From a virus: DNA of 64,000 nt. The notes under the pieces are model-generated. The model saw only the letters and a list, made by a program, of their open reading frames with translations. It searched no databases and was not told the DNA's origin. This document shows positions 19,901 through 30,100 of the stretch, piece after piece. The translations under genes and the position numbers were made by a program. The stretch covers positions 1 to 64,000 of IMG/VR virus record IMGVR_UViG_3300002301_000001; one strand, 5' to 3'. The number at the start of each line of letters is the position of its first letter. The first letter of the stretch is position 1.

Positions 19901-22900
19901 ATCTAACCATTCATCTGAGCAGAAGTTACTAGAGCGTTTATTAGAATATAGGAATCACCAGGGTAACCCGGAGACTGCACAGTTTATTAATAGGTTACTG
20001 GATGAGGTAGGCTTTGATGAGGAGCTTATGGAACCCACTAAGAACAGCCAGTTACTGATGCAGGTACTTAAAGGTTTTAACCAGTATGAAACTCCTTATC
20101 TGTTTACCCAGATTGATAAGAACAACAGGTACAGGATATCTTATGCTAATACCAGGGATGCTGCAAGGAACCAGTTCTCACAGTGGAGAGATGCTAACTT
20201 AGCACTGAAGAAGAGAAGCAGTACAGCAGTTAATAAGTTGATAGATACTATATCACTTGCCGGTGGTAAGGATGTGAAGATCACTGATAAGCCACTAGAG
20301 GTATTATCACAGAAGTTATCTGAGGATATCCAGAAGCAGACAGGTATATTTTTGCACCAGATGTATGTGAAGTACCTTATAACTGCGGGTAAGGATCCTA
20401 GTGTAAGGACTCTTGCACAACAGAAGTTTCTTGATCTATATAACAATGTTGAGGTAATAGATGCTAAGTCACTGAGTGCTAATATACTAACACCATTACA
20501 GAAGAATCAGGATATATTCTCCAGGGAAACTGAATCATCTGATAAAGTATCTGGTAGTACTCCGGGATCTGTATTGTTGAAGTTGGCTACAGGTAATGCA
20601 ATGTTTGATGAGTCTGTTAACACTATGTCATTCACCAATGCTGCTAAGGAGACTATCTATGCTCATGGGTATCCTAATTATGACTTTATGGCTATCAGTG
20701 ATCTCAATGATGCTAATAGAGTAGCAGAGTTGATGGGTACTGATAGGAATAGTTGGTTACTTTCTGATGCTGATGTACGGGTATTACTGGATAGGAAGCA
20801 GTTGAAGGTAGAGCAGATAGATGGCCTTAGGAGTACTCTCAGACAAGATGATGGTATTACTTATGGGGATTACAATAGCCGTGAGTTCCTTGCTAACCTG
20901 TTAGGACTATATGATGTAAGAGAACAACCGGATACTAAGGTGGTAGAGGGGAATAACACATTCTATAAGGTACCAATATCTATACGTACTATAGAGGCTA
21001 AGAACTCTATACATATGGTTAGATTACCTGTTGTTAAGGCAGTTACTGGCAGTAAGTTATCTGCCAAGGCTCTTGATATACTATATGGTATTATTGAACA
21101 GGAGTTTACCAGGATAGGCAGAGTACAGCAGGAGATTACTGCAGGTACAGGTTCTATAGCAGGGTATCATACTGAGGGTAAGAATGGTATATCACCAAGA
21201 GGTCTTAGGTTCTTTACAGCTGCTCCTATGTTAGGAGATATTGCCGGTGATCTGGAGAGTCTTGCTTTACAGGGAGAGGATATCAGTAAGCACCGTAAGC
21301 AGATTGAAGAGCACTTGCAGGATTATTGGAAGGACCAGACTCTGGAACTTGCTAAAGAGATGAGGGAACAGGGTCTTATATCTATGACCGGTTCTGATAT
21401 GACTACTATTAAGAACATCTTAGCACCTAACTACCTGGAACAGGGTATGGGTGAGGAGCTTAATGGTAAGATGAACCTGAGTAAGAAGGATTTCGGCCAT
21501 AACCTGATGCAGGTACTTGTTAATGATTACCTGAATACAGTAGGTATCAACCAGGTATTATTCGGTGATGAGGCCAAGAACTTTACTGATCCTATTGACC
21601 AGGTTAAGAGAATGGCAGGTGCTAATGCACAAGGCCCTAATATGTCAGTACCATTTACTCATAAGGACTGGGGCATTGAACATACCTTGGAGACTATTCA
21701 TCATATTACTTATCGTACTACTCCTGTTATCAGTTCAGTATCCGGTAAGGGTATTGATAGTGATGATGGTCAGATGTACTGTACAGAAAAGGGTCTTAGG
21801 TACATGTTATTTGGCCTTGGTAAGCTCAATAAGGTACAAGTTGATATATTGGATAGATTAGCTTCCGGTAAGGAAGTTACTGCTGCAGAGTTCTTTGATA
21901 ATGGAGGATTGAAGGATAAGGGGCCATTCAATAGTTATAAGATGGTATACTTTGATGGTAATACCTATCTGAAGTGTTCTGCTATACCTTTATTCAAAGG
22001 ACTTCCTACATATGCTGAAGATGCTCATATACTTCGTATGAAGATGGAGGACTATGAGAGTAGGAACAATACAGTAGTATTTGCGCATCCTGTATCTGTA
22101 TCTAAGGCAATGAAGAGTAATATAGCCGGTTCTATACAGGATATTAGAGATAACCACTTCAATGCTCTTGATGCTAAGTACATGAGACAGCAGTTGGAGA
22201 ATCCTTCCAATAAGTTGATTATTACTGACCCTTCTCAGGCCAAGCAGCAGATCATGAGTGAACAGGTAGATAGTACTCCTGTTAACTTTATGGGTGTAGA
22301 GACTACTGCAGGAGCTGTTAAGGCTGCTTATATGAGTGATATTGCCCAGAGAATAGATAATAACTACTCTACTGCAGCTAACAGTATATTTACCCTGGAT
22401 GATGGCCTTATTGAGTTAGGTAAGAGCATTGACTTAGGACAACTTACTCCCCGTATGGCTGCTTTTATGGATACTATGAAGGAGAACTTACAGGCTACGG
22501 GAGCTGACCAACAGACTCTTGGTTTCCTGGAGACTGCTAATGGTGGGCCTATATACAACCTGAATTTTCCTTCTACATTGGAGAAGTTCACACAGATATT
22601 CCTGAACTACTTCTCCAGGGGAGTAGTTGCTGAGAAGGTTCCCGGTACTACACTTGCACTTGTATCAGGTGCATTAGGTATGGGTAAGAGAGTGAAACAG
22701 GTTATATCCTTGGATAGTAATGGTCAACCTAATGAATGGAAGGTTATTACTGATGCTGAGTACAGGAAGAGTCCTTCTACATATTCTACTGCTGTAAGGT
22801 TTTCTGATGATAGGGCCAGGACTTTTGATGGTTTATCTGAGGGTGATTACTATGTAGATGACCTTAGGCACAATGCACCTGAGTATAATGCAGCAGGAGA

Positions 22901-25900
22901 GATTATTGGCAGGTTCTCTGAGTATATCAGACCAGCACATTATAAAGAGGAGATGTCAGGAGTATCTGATGCACTGCAGAGGTCATTTGGTATCCGTATA
23001 CCATCTGATGATAAGCACTCTTATATATCCCTTAGGATGGTAGATACTATGCCTGTACAGTATGGTTCTGTGGGTATATTCCCTCATGAGCTTATTGAGA
23101 TATCAGGTGCTGACTTTGATATTGATAAGATGTTTGTGCAGTTTGCTGACACCTATAAGGTTGGTAACCAGAGAGTTGCTTATGGTACTGCAGATACTGC
23201 TAAAGAACAGTTTGATGAATATGTTCGTTATCAGGTAGCTAATAACAGGCAGTTACAGGAGTATATCAAGGAGTACTATGATAATGATCCTGATGTTAAG
23301 GATCTTATGAAGTCCCTGAACCTTACTGCTGGACAGATCAGTGAACTTACACAACAGGTAATAGATAACAACCGGTTCCTTTTAGACAGTGAAGGTAATG
23401 ACAAGTTGTTCAGAGATACCAAGAAGGAACTGATAACTGCTTTTAACATTACTGCTAAGGAGTATGATGAGTTACAACAGACTCTTGGAGAGACCAGGAA
23501 TCAGATCATAGAGAACGGTTTAGGTAGTCTGCAATTACCTTCTACTATACAGGAGTTTGTAGCTGCTGGTGGACCAGAGAAACTGAACAATGGAGTATTG
23601 AATAACAGGGTACTTGCTGCCAGGATAGCTATGCAGAGTAATGAGCATATTGCTGAAGGTATATCCAGTACACCTACTTCTACAGGACCTCTTACTGCTT
23701 TAGCTGACCAGTTACTTGCTGAGTTTATTGCTATCAGAGATGATGAGTCTATTACTGATAAGGACGGTATACAGGATATCATTAATATCTTATCTGAGAA
23801 TGTAGGTGATGTTAATGACTTATTAGGTAAGGTACGTAGTTATAGTGCTAACAAGGAAGGTTCCAGGAACATTGGTGCTACTGCTAATGCTATACAGGTA
23901 TATTCCCTGCTTAATGAGGCCGGAGTACAGTTACATGAAGGTGCCCAGTTTACTATTGATGGCAGGACATATAAGGGTTTTGACAGGACTATATCAGAGG
24001 ATGGTGTACGTATATTTGCTACTCTGTCTACCTTACTGAATGCAATGACTGATAACGCCAAGGAGAGACTTGCATCCAGATTAGGGTTGAATATCACTGC
24101 TCTTGGTTATGTATCTAATATGGTTGCTATGGGTGTTCCACTAAGGACTTCTATACTCCTTATGTTACAACCATCTGTAAGGAGTTACTTCAGTCAGTTA
24201 CAGAAGATATCCGGTGGATTGAAGAGTCTTGAGGAGATGAGAATCAGTAAGAAGAACTTGCTCAAGGATCTTATTGGAGGGCTTTCTAATAAGTTCGGAT
24301 TGAATGCTGTAGGTGACCAGAGTATATTTGACTCTATAGTTGACCCTGTTAGTAGTCCTGAGATGCAGTTTGATGCTCTTGCTTTACTTATGCAGATTGA
24401 CCATATCTCCAGTACTCTTATGAATGTATCTAAGGTACAGAAGCTGTCACAGGGACTTCCTACTACCTGGGAAGCTGTTGATAGTATGAATAAGGCTCTT
24501 AGTGATCTGGGTATCCAGTATGTTAATGGACACTATATACCTAAGGCGAATGTAGATGCTATGGGTGATCCTTTACCTGTTGATGTAAGGAGTGTATTAC
24601 TACACGACAATAAGATAATATCTAAGAACCTACAGGTACTTGCACAGGTACAACAGTTGGCTAAGAAGGTGTTCCTGGAGAAGACTCCTTTATTCGAGGG
24701 TATGACTGCTGTTACTACTGCTAATATGAAGGACATGTATCCTTCACAGGCTGAAGAGTTTGGTAAGCAGTTGAAGATGGATACTATCTCTTTCTTATCT
24801 ATTAAGGCATATCTACATATGTTACATCAGAGAGGACAAGGTGATACTTTACAGTCTCTGAACCATGCTATGATATACCCTTCTGCTAAGGAGCAACAAG
24901 TTCCTGGTTATGAGGATGTTATTGATATTATGAGGAGATTACAGAGTGTTCTTACCGGTACTAATGAGAATTACCTGGTATCTAAGTTCCTAATGGCTAC
25001 TGAAGCTGGTGCCAGAGGTAATGACAAGGGTATTAATACTGTAGAGGCTAACACATGGGCCAGGATCAATGAACTACAGCAGGATAGGTTGGTATCTGCT
25101 TTCTCTTTATTGTATAGCAATAACTACAAGGATGAGAGTGGAGCACCTATTCTCACTCATAATGATGCTATTGCTTTGTTCAACTACTTATTGGTTAAGG
25201 ATGGTGGACAGTTTAAGAGTGGGTCATTCATTAAGTTCATTCCTAACTATATGTTCAGGGATATAATGGGTATGACTACACAGGTTAATGACTTGTTAGC
25301 TACTACTTCATGGGATAGTCAGAAGGCCCAGGATCTATTTGGTACTGATCCTATTACCCTGATGAATGAGTTCCTTGCTTCTTACGGTACCCATACAGGG
25401 AATAAGGACTTTATCAGGACTATATCATTTCCTAAGAAGCCTTCTAACCAGATAGTACGCAGTGAGGATATACTGACTGTGAAGTTGCTTAAGGATACTG
25501 CTGAGTTAGAGACTGCTGGATTTATAGTGGGTAACAAGAAGATTGTATTCCCTTATTCTATTATAGCAGGAGCATATCTATACACTATCCAGGATATTGA
25601 TGGTAAGGTACCTACTATATTACCCGGGGAGTCTGTATTACAGGGAGTATTTGCTACATATAGGAAGAGTGAGTTTGCAGGATCACAGGCCACATTCAAG
25701 GCATCCGGAGTATTTGGTGCTATACCTGAACCTACTAAGGGTACACCAGGGCCTATAGAGTACTATAATGAGGAGGAAGAGTATACTGGTGAACCAGGTG
25801 ATTATCCTGAACAGTATATGCAGGATGAACCTATTGCTGGTGTTAATATTATATCAGGGAGTTCTGATGGATTGGCAGCAGCACTGACTAACCCTACCTC

Positions 25901-27152
25901 AATAGCTAAGGGGAAGGGCACTGTTAAGAGGGATTACCCTGTAGAGTATAATGGCAAGGCATATATTGATGCAGAGGCTGCTTATAAGGCCAATAAGGTG
26001 AATGATGACCCACTTGCCAAGAAGGGACTTATTGCTCCTGAGAACAATACTCTTATGCAGGATATTATAACTGCCAAGTTGCAACAACATCCCAACCTTG
26101 TGAAGGGTATAACTGATAGAGGAGGAGTTGCTTTTCTTGAGGCTTCTTCACATGAAGGATTTGGTAATAGGTTTGAAGGTAAAGGAACTTCTTCAGCTTT
26201 TATTAACAACTTGATAACTGCTTATAAGAGAGTAACTAATCAATCTGTTACCAGGGATACTCTACTAGCTGATGGCTATGTATTCACTACACAGGATGGT
26301 AAGAGAGGGGTATTGAAGGACAACCGATTTATACCACTACAACCAGGTACTCAGTTACAGAATATACCTGAGATTGTTAGAACATATCAGGAACCTGTTG
26401 TATCTTCACAGCCTATGCAGGAACTCACTAATTTGTCTACTTACACTAACCATTCAGGAGGAGCTGATGGTTCTGATACACAATGGGATAGAATAGGTAA
26501 GGAGTATGGTATGGTTAGGAATAACCATTATTGGCATGGTAAGAAGACTCCTACAGGGAATGTACAGATTACTAATGAGGAGCTTGAGGAAGGTTGGCAA
26601 CATGTATTGAAGGCTAATGAGTCTTTGAACAGAAAACCACAGGCATATAAGAGTCTACTATCCCGTAATTGGTTACAGGTTAGGAATAGTTCTGGAGTAT
26701 ATGCTATATCTACATTGGCTAATAACAGACAGGTATCTGGTGGGACAGGATGGGCAGTACAGATGGCTATAGATGCTAGTAAGCCAGTACATGTATATGA
26801 TCAGAATAAGCAGCAGTGGTATGAATATGATTACACTAAAGGACAGTTTACAGAATCCGATGTTCCAGTACTTACTCAGAACTTTGCAGGTATTGGTACC
26901 CGGGAGATTAATGAAGCAGGTAAGCAGGCTATTAGAGATGTATATCAGAAGACTTCAGGTAGAGCAGAGGATATTGAACTACTTTCTCCTGAACAATGGA
27001 AGAGTCAACTATCTGATATATATGATCAGAAGTATGTGCATGATGGTAAGGATAAGACGGTATGGTTAAGAGAAGCTCTTGACTTACGTAATAGTCTCAG
27101 GGGTACAATGAATGATAGTGATATTATCAAGAAAATTGAGGAGTGTTTATAG
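13905..27152 (+). CDS. crAss-like virion DNA-dependent RNA polymerase polyprotein (zincin, two-barrel RNAP, NADAR-like, SLOG-like)
   Basis: 4415 aa. HEAFH at 18864, RIP motif and GADFDIDK (DFDID at 23112-23126), the catalytic motif variant of crAss-like RNAPs. Confidence 0.9.
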   Translation: MSAIPDLLPIPENTSHISLDQLVLPDPNTGIQYNAADLGKQGNGEKDFWNQYAATPVTLSTELQPVSFDWEKSNADRYVNSGKVKDVGFQPYAGTTMVDGKPYDVNELNYGQVQTWGDVMKNAAGGAFHLAVGSFEQSVESWGHTANALFTWGTGGGWQAGKEALLGTPEELLANNKKQEDIMNKYAIYHTPYGDNHLFSKEFIGDIGQQMGFGLGMGAEILGETLLTAGIGEAFSLFSKGARAVEGGIQTGEKAAKIVSEVAPKTATKAQQVNDLRKMSDLSANRSIMEDIWNGTKRFLPGAQVVEDINKAKDAGVTGMWNLFKAGVPGTIKTFSMANAAKAESMMEGANTYGQLYGDLVAKYQNKHDGQYPAGDDLERIKQTAYGAATDNFIVNTGLLMTMNQLEFGNMFSKFGSAKRLLREAAEEGEKDIFTIAKEGKRIAYQKATGPLSTFRTANEIRKDFGMGTALWQFGAKTLASQGTKFEIAEGIQEVLQNTSDQTFRDYYTNLYDGSKDIKGRSIFSDIAEADFSKGLASQDLVPTTGRNIWESSGGWKTFLMGATTGLFMSPLSNTAMYAQQKGYSLVNKEYKSKLEENKRLQEENRALLNSFYANPAKMLDEHIANTKVQSTGIKDMAAAAQIGDKYTFTNAKQDMFTKAVATAIKTDNYDSFIDHIKEFSDKFKTNEEFEQAFPTLKSKNATPTDMRTYIKSLTDDITAYHNNWQDLKDRYSDIVQPELYRNDPVAYRRAQIQKLALDNSIETLATTDYNATQAIKRAGEIKMEMGSIPGIGIAVNNTFDILGNKEATLHQMALLKQEITTYDALGKDKELTDIKKDAKEQLTHLIVWTVAHDALSAEDITDEEYKKHTQNLNKAFSGYVDSKNKEFNNNSPVITDHRVMDDAFSALGDYMKLNQDHGDYVAALNVLTHLDNFKKMVDRHTDGIYHFERMARQQMDKEFKERADVQTGPVDEDVPDEDTDTTNEYPADPRQAINDHYNGDEISFDVPGLLQNYLNDNPELAKELEILQNQRESMPEALYTQHLNEILDAHFAQDDTNTDTPPDTDTDDEPEIELPKLKILHSQVTIGVPFIHENGSLMTPLEISRLKTGSDARKAVKDRSQKRVVDLLSKVSKGELQDNLSLVVTTIKKGEGFDIKDNPAIHQNGQQYSMQLNLSGIPIGYLTNADYYTFTINGVPKTAKQLTVDDIGKVLEIPENMTPYQALTQFQQDADTASAIQKAIEGKLVDGKVTLSGTELSDILSIIPRLNMDYTETGEAGTPLADLSANLYRNPQGSMVVVSNRIADDGSRVMIQGTLDDLNSGHTLPDNENAGTYSALLSIAGDTRWVQLTPTVYTQDELQPQLDTLTTLLSEKDPTTEQIQAIKDIIHGIFIAIPVYSRENGKKITDTNKKWDIRLEYVEPSPDKEGHLIVATNHVKAPILTLENRDISTPQKLAESIQKVLNQKNRFPGVKITEDSFRHQVPIQATEQDILGMTASVRPNIVKSISLVYGVPASKTNLQEEIEPPIHTITKEELMMATPLPKKNKEEDIKKAVEEVDFDALENNRDDDAVPFKIVPATEPFTAESVEHIDAFTTWVQQNLPQDIISVEDMGILVKNLQDNNITVGQFITHLDALRNVTGGTIQVYKNSPFKYHEAFHAIFRLLLPQAKIDQLLEIAGKEYRITDKKEQQFRNLHPQYAAMDRATLHQTMLEEYMANKFDKWMMDKKVQTSPTIKGFFAHIVDFIKGLWDRLTSSQLHGLFSAINSGQYTQAGLAVNQFTGIQSESVNTPALKVIQVGAQDVETSTGKVKVPRYLSQDVSDQIVSGIVNMFYKAVGDSGEYNKAQELDKILKVYRDTYDTSLPIYKSRARAIEDLGQRAKWMNDLIDLKKTFNDKDALQSLKGAVDFHLNLMGYRQDLEDEENEAIEDEYGPNNTENAHKKKSPMSDYGSLSKFLRGYIGSTSYTLDKDMFGNKELVDGSPIYGSVSANKVYNGLLKVLSNHSSEQKLLERLLEYRNHQGNPETAQFINRLLDEVGFDEELMEPTKNSQLLMQVLKGFNQYETPYLFTQIDKNNRYRISYANTRDAARNQFSQWRDANLALKKRSSTAVNKLIDTISLAGGKDVKITDKPLEVLSQKLSEDIQKQTGIFLHQMYVKYLITAGKDPSVRTLAQQKFLDLYNNVEVIDAKSLSANILTPLQKNQDIFSRETESSDKVSGSTPGSVLLKLATGNAMFDESVNTMSFTNAAKETIYAHGYPNYDFMAISDLNDANRVAELMGTDRNSWLLSDADVRVLLDRKQLKVEQIDGLRSTLRQDDGITYGDYNSREFLANLLGLYDVREQPDTKVVEGNNTFYKVPISIRTIEAKNSIHMVRLPVVKAVTGSKLSAKALDILYGIIEQEFTRIGRVQQEITAGTGSIAGYHTEGKNGISPRGLRFFTAAPMLGDIAGDLESLALQGEDISKHRKQIEEHLQDYWKDQTLELAKEMREQGLISMTGSDMTTIKNILAPNYLEQGMGEELNGKMNLSKKDFGHNLMQVLVNDYLNTVGINQVLFGDEAKNFTDPIDQVKRMAGANAQGPNMSVPFTHKDWGIEHTLETIHHITYRTTPVISSVSGKGIDSDDGQMYCTEKGLRYMLFGLGKLNKVQVDILDRLASGKEVTAAEFFDNGGLKDKGPFNSYKMVYFDGNTYLKCSAIPLFKGLPTYAEDAHILRMKMEDYESRNNTVVFAHPVSVSKAMKSNIAGSIQDIRDNHFNALDAKYMRQQLENPSNKLIITDPSQAKQQIMSEQVDSTPVNFMGVETTAGAVKAAYMSDIAQRIDNNYSTAANSIFTLDDGLIELGKSIDLGQLTPRMAAFMDTMKENLQATGADQQTLGFLETANGGPIYNLNFPSTLEKFTQIFLNYFSRGVVAEKVPGTTLALVSGALGMGKRVKQVISLDSNGQPNEWKVITDAEYRKSPSTYSTAVRFSDDRARTFDGLSEGDYYVDDLRHNAPEYNAAGEIIGRFSEYIRPAHYKEEMSGVSDALQRSFGIRIPSDDKHSYISLRMVDTMPVQYGSVGIFPHELIEISGADFDIDKMFVQFADTYKVGNQRVAYGTADTAKEQFDEYVRYQVANNRQLQEYIKEYYDNDPDVKDLMKSLNLTAGQISELTQQVIDNNRFLLDSEGNDKLFRDTKKELITAFNITAKEYDELQQTLGETRNQIIENGLGSLQLPSTIQEFVAAGGPEKLNNGVLNNRVLAARIAMQSNEHIAEGISSTPTSTGPLTALADQLLAEFIAIRDDESITDKDGIQDIINILSENVGDVNDLLGKVRSYSANKEGSRNIGATANAIQVYSLLNEAGVQLHEGAQFTIDGRTYKGFDRTISEDGVRIFATLSTLLNAMTDNAKERLASRLGLNITALGYVSNMVAMGVPLRTSILLMLQPSVRSYFSQLQKISGGLKSLEEMRISKKNLLKDLIGGLSNKFGLNAVGDQSIFDSIVDPVSSPEMQFDALALLMQIDHISSTLMNVSKVQKLSQGLPTTWEAVDSMNKALSDLGIQYVNGHYIPKANVDAMGDPLPVDVRSVLLHDNKIISKNLQVLAQVQQLAKKVFLEKTPLFEGMTAVTTANMKDMYPSQAEEFGKQLKMDTISFLSIKAYLHMLHQRGQGDTLQSLNHAMIYPSAKEQQVPGYEDVIDIMRRLQSVLTGTNENYLVSKFLMATEAGARGNDKGINTVEANTWARINELQQDRLVSAFSLLYSNNYKDESGAPILTHNDAIALFNYLLVKDGGQFKSGSFIKFIPNYMFRDIMGMTTQVNDLLATTSWDSQKAQDLFGTDPITLMNEFLASYGTHTGNKDFIRTISFPKKPSNQIVRSEDILTVKLLKDTAELETAGFIVGNKKIVFPYSIIAGAYLYTIQDIDGKVPTILPGESVLQGVFATYRKSEFAGSQATFKASGVFGAIPEPTKGTPGPIEYYNEEEEYTGEPGDYPEQYMQDEPIAGVNIISGSSDGLAAALTNPTSIAKGKGTVKRDYPVEYNGKAYIDAEAAYKANKVNDDPLAKKGLIAPENNTLMQDIITAKLQQHPNLVKGITDRGGVAFLEASSHEGFGNRFEGKGTSSAFINNLITAYKRVTNQSVTRDTLLADGYVFTTQDGKRGVLKDNRFIPLQPGTQLQNIPEIVRTYQEPVVSSQPMQELTNLSTYTNHSGGADGSDTQWDRIGKEYGMVRNNHYWHGKKTPTGNVQITNEELEEGWQHVLKANESLNRKPQAYKSLLSRNWLQVRNSSGVYAISTLANNRQVSGGTGWAVQMAIDASKPVHVYDQNKQQWYEYDYTKGQFTESDVPVLTQNFAGIGTREINEAGKQAIRDVYQKTSGRAEDIELLSPEQWKSQLSDIYDQKYVHDGKDKTVWLREALDLRNSLRGTMNDSDIIKKIEECL

Positions 27153-27179
27153 TACCTTTACAGCAAATATTTATAGTAT

Positions 27180-30100
27180 ATGGGATGCCCCAACAAATCA
27201 TTGAAGGAATACCAAGATCTTATAGCAGAGTTTGGAGAAGGTAAGGCATTGGCCGCTTTTGTACTGTATGGAGAGGATATACCTACTGTAGAGCAGGCAA
27301 GGCAGTTATTTGCTGATTCCAGGGCAGTATTTGATAAACAGGTAGAAAGAGCTGCTGAGAAGTTTGGCCTCAAGAAAGTGGTCAAGAATCACATAGAAGG
27401 GTATGTGAGTACTAAGACCAATTCTGCCGGTATAGCACAGGTAGATAATATGAATAAATGGTTCCAACAGAATAAAGAAAAATACCCTACTCTCGGAGCC
27501 AGAATAGACCCCGGTAATCCAGTTATTATATTCGGTAATCGTATTAAATTAGCATCAGATGTTACAGACAGAGGAAAGATCATCAATGTCAATTTCCCAA
27601 TTACAGAAGGGGATAGATCCAATTATAATAGAAGAGTTGAAGATATCTTCGCTGATATATTCAAAGATAAGAGAATACTATTCGCACAAGGAAGTAATCT
27701 TAGTAGTATTACCTCCTCTGCCTTACAATCCATCAAAGAGCCCACTGAGAGGCTCGTTCAAGTTGGTAAACAGTTGTTGCAACTATCAGAAAGTAGTGCC
27801 AATGTCAGTGAAATTATGGAAAAAACATTACCAGAACTCTTCTCTGACTATATTAACAAAGGAAACAACATCCCACTTGATGTACTCGGCTACTTTATTG
27901 CATCCAGATTATTACAATCATCTGATAGTTTCTCAGGAAGAGTTCTTGCAAGCCTTTCAAAAGATAAACTGGTATCATCTTCTTATATTAGATTAGAAAA
28001 TGATCCTGAACAAGGTTTATTTTATGTAGATGGGGAAGGCCTTTATATAAATATTGCAAAATTACCTATTGAGATAGATAGGTTTAATAATGTAGAAGAT
28101 TTTATAAAAGCTATTGAACTTATATTAACAGAAGAAGTTATTCATACAGTAGCCATAGCATTGACTGGTGATAAAGAAATGCAAGCTATTTATGATGAAC
28201 TTACTCCGGAAGAAATAGATGAGTTGGGGAAAACTTATGGGATAAAAGGACTTTCTCCTTATAATATAGCACATGAATATATCAGGACTATTATACAGGA
28301 AGATATCTTTGGTACTTCTACTACCAGAGAAATGCATCCTAAAGCTAAAAACATTATAGCAAGAGCCCTTGAGTATATTATTAACTTATTCAAAGAATCT
28401 CCTACAAGAGTTTCCCAAATAGTTGTTAAAAGAATAAAAGATTATATAGAAGGAACTCGGGATAATAATCACTTTCAGTTAATAAGTAAGAACCAACAAA
28501 AATCAATAATATATGAACGAGAAAATGAGATGGGGAATATCCCAAGCAGTAGCAAAGGATATACCTGGAATAATAATAGATTATCTACTTTACCTGGAAA
28601 GGAAAAAAGTGGGAGGAGTGTCACCGGAAGATCAAATAGAAGTGGAGAAGAAAATGGAAGAAATCAGGGAATCACAGAAAATGGGACAACTGGAAGATAC
28701 GGATCTTATACAGTTACTAACAATAGTGGATCATCCAGAGGAGATGATAGAATATTACAAGGATCTTTTGAGCAAGAATTAAATACCATTCTCAAGGACT
28801 TTGCAGAGAAGGAATTAGATGCCAGGATAGATCTTGTACAGGATATTATAGTAGATGGTAAGAGCGTAGCAGCTAATGCAGTAACTAATGTAGTTAACAG
28901 GACTATACAGTTAGCTGATGGTAAGATAGGTATTGATACACTACCGGAAGAAGTTGCTCATATATGGGTACATTGGTTACCTAAAAATTCTATCCTACTA
29001 CGGGATATGATGAGAGATATTAGGAATCGACCTTTATATGATCAGGTAATGGCAGAGTATAAGAATAACAGCCACTATCAGAATAAAGATGGTACTGTCA
29101 ATGAAGATAAGATCGCTATAGAAGCTATAGGTAAGATGATTGCCGGTGCTATAGTAGAACAATATAAGGATAAGAAGGCCCAGACATTATTACAGAGATT
29201 GGTACAGTGGATCAAAGGAGTATTCAAGGGTAAGGATCTGGATGCTTTTCAACAGAGTGCTAAGGATATATTGGCTGGAGATACTTCTGCTCTGGATATG
29301 GATGATATGAGGGCAGCTAATGAGAAAGGAGAATATTACTTCCAATTGAGTAAGGAGGATGAGGCTATTGTTAAGAGTCAGTTGAAGAAGGCTACTCCTA
29401 TACAGCAACAGGTTATTAATGATGTCTATTTGGAACCTCACTCCAGAATTATTCTTGACCTGGATACACACATATATAGTGACCTGAATATTGAGAACCC
29501 TACTATCTATACTTCAGTTACTACTGCTATAGGTGGTAAGAAGAACTTCCTGGATGAAGATGACAATGATCCTTATGAGGCTAACAGGATGTGGGGCAAT
29601 AACTTTGATGGTGTATTATCTGATATTATTCAAGGTAAGGATATTCGTGATACTCCTTCATTAACTGATAGTGTCCGGGAACAGATTATTCCTTACTTGC
29701 AGGGTATGATAGCAGGACTTACTTCTGATGGTTCTATTGCTCTTACACAGGTTATAGTAGCTGATAAGGAGTCTAAAGTAGCTGGTTCTATTGATCTGTT
29801 ATTGGTTAGTCCTTTTGGTGATATGAAGATCATTGACCTGAAGACATCCTGGAGTAGTATATATGATAAGCAGTATAACACGAAGTACTCTACAGGTGAA
29901 GGTGCTATTATTACTACACCATTATCTAAGGCACAGAGTCATTCTGTACAGGTAGGTACTTATGCGAAGTTGGTTAACCTTATGGGATATCCTGTAGGAG
30001 AACGCAGGACTTATCATTTATTAGTAGATACCAAGGATGGTAAAGTTACTAAGTTCACTGACCAGGGTATGTTACAGCATGTACCTACAGAGAATGAGGC

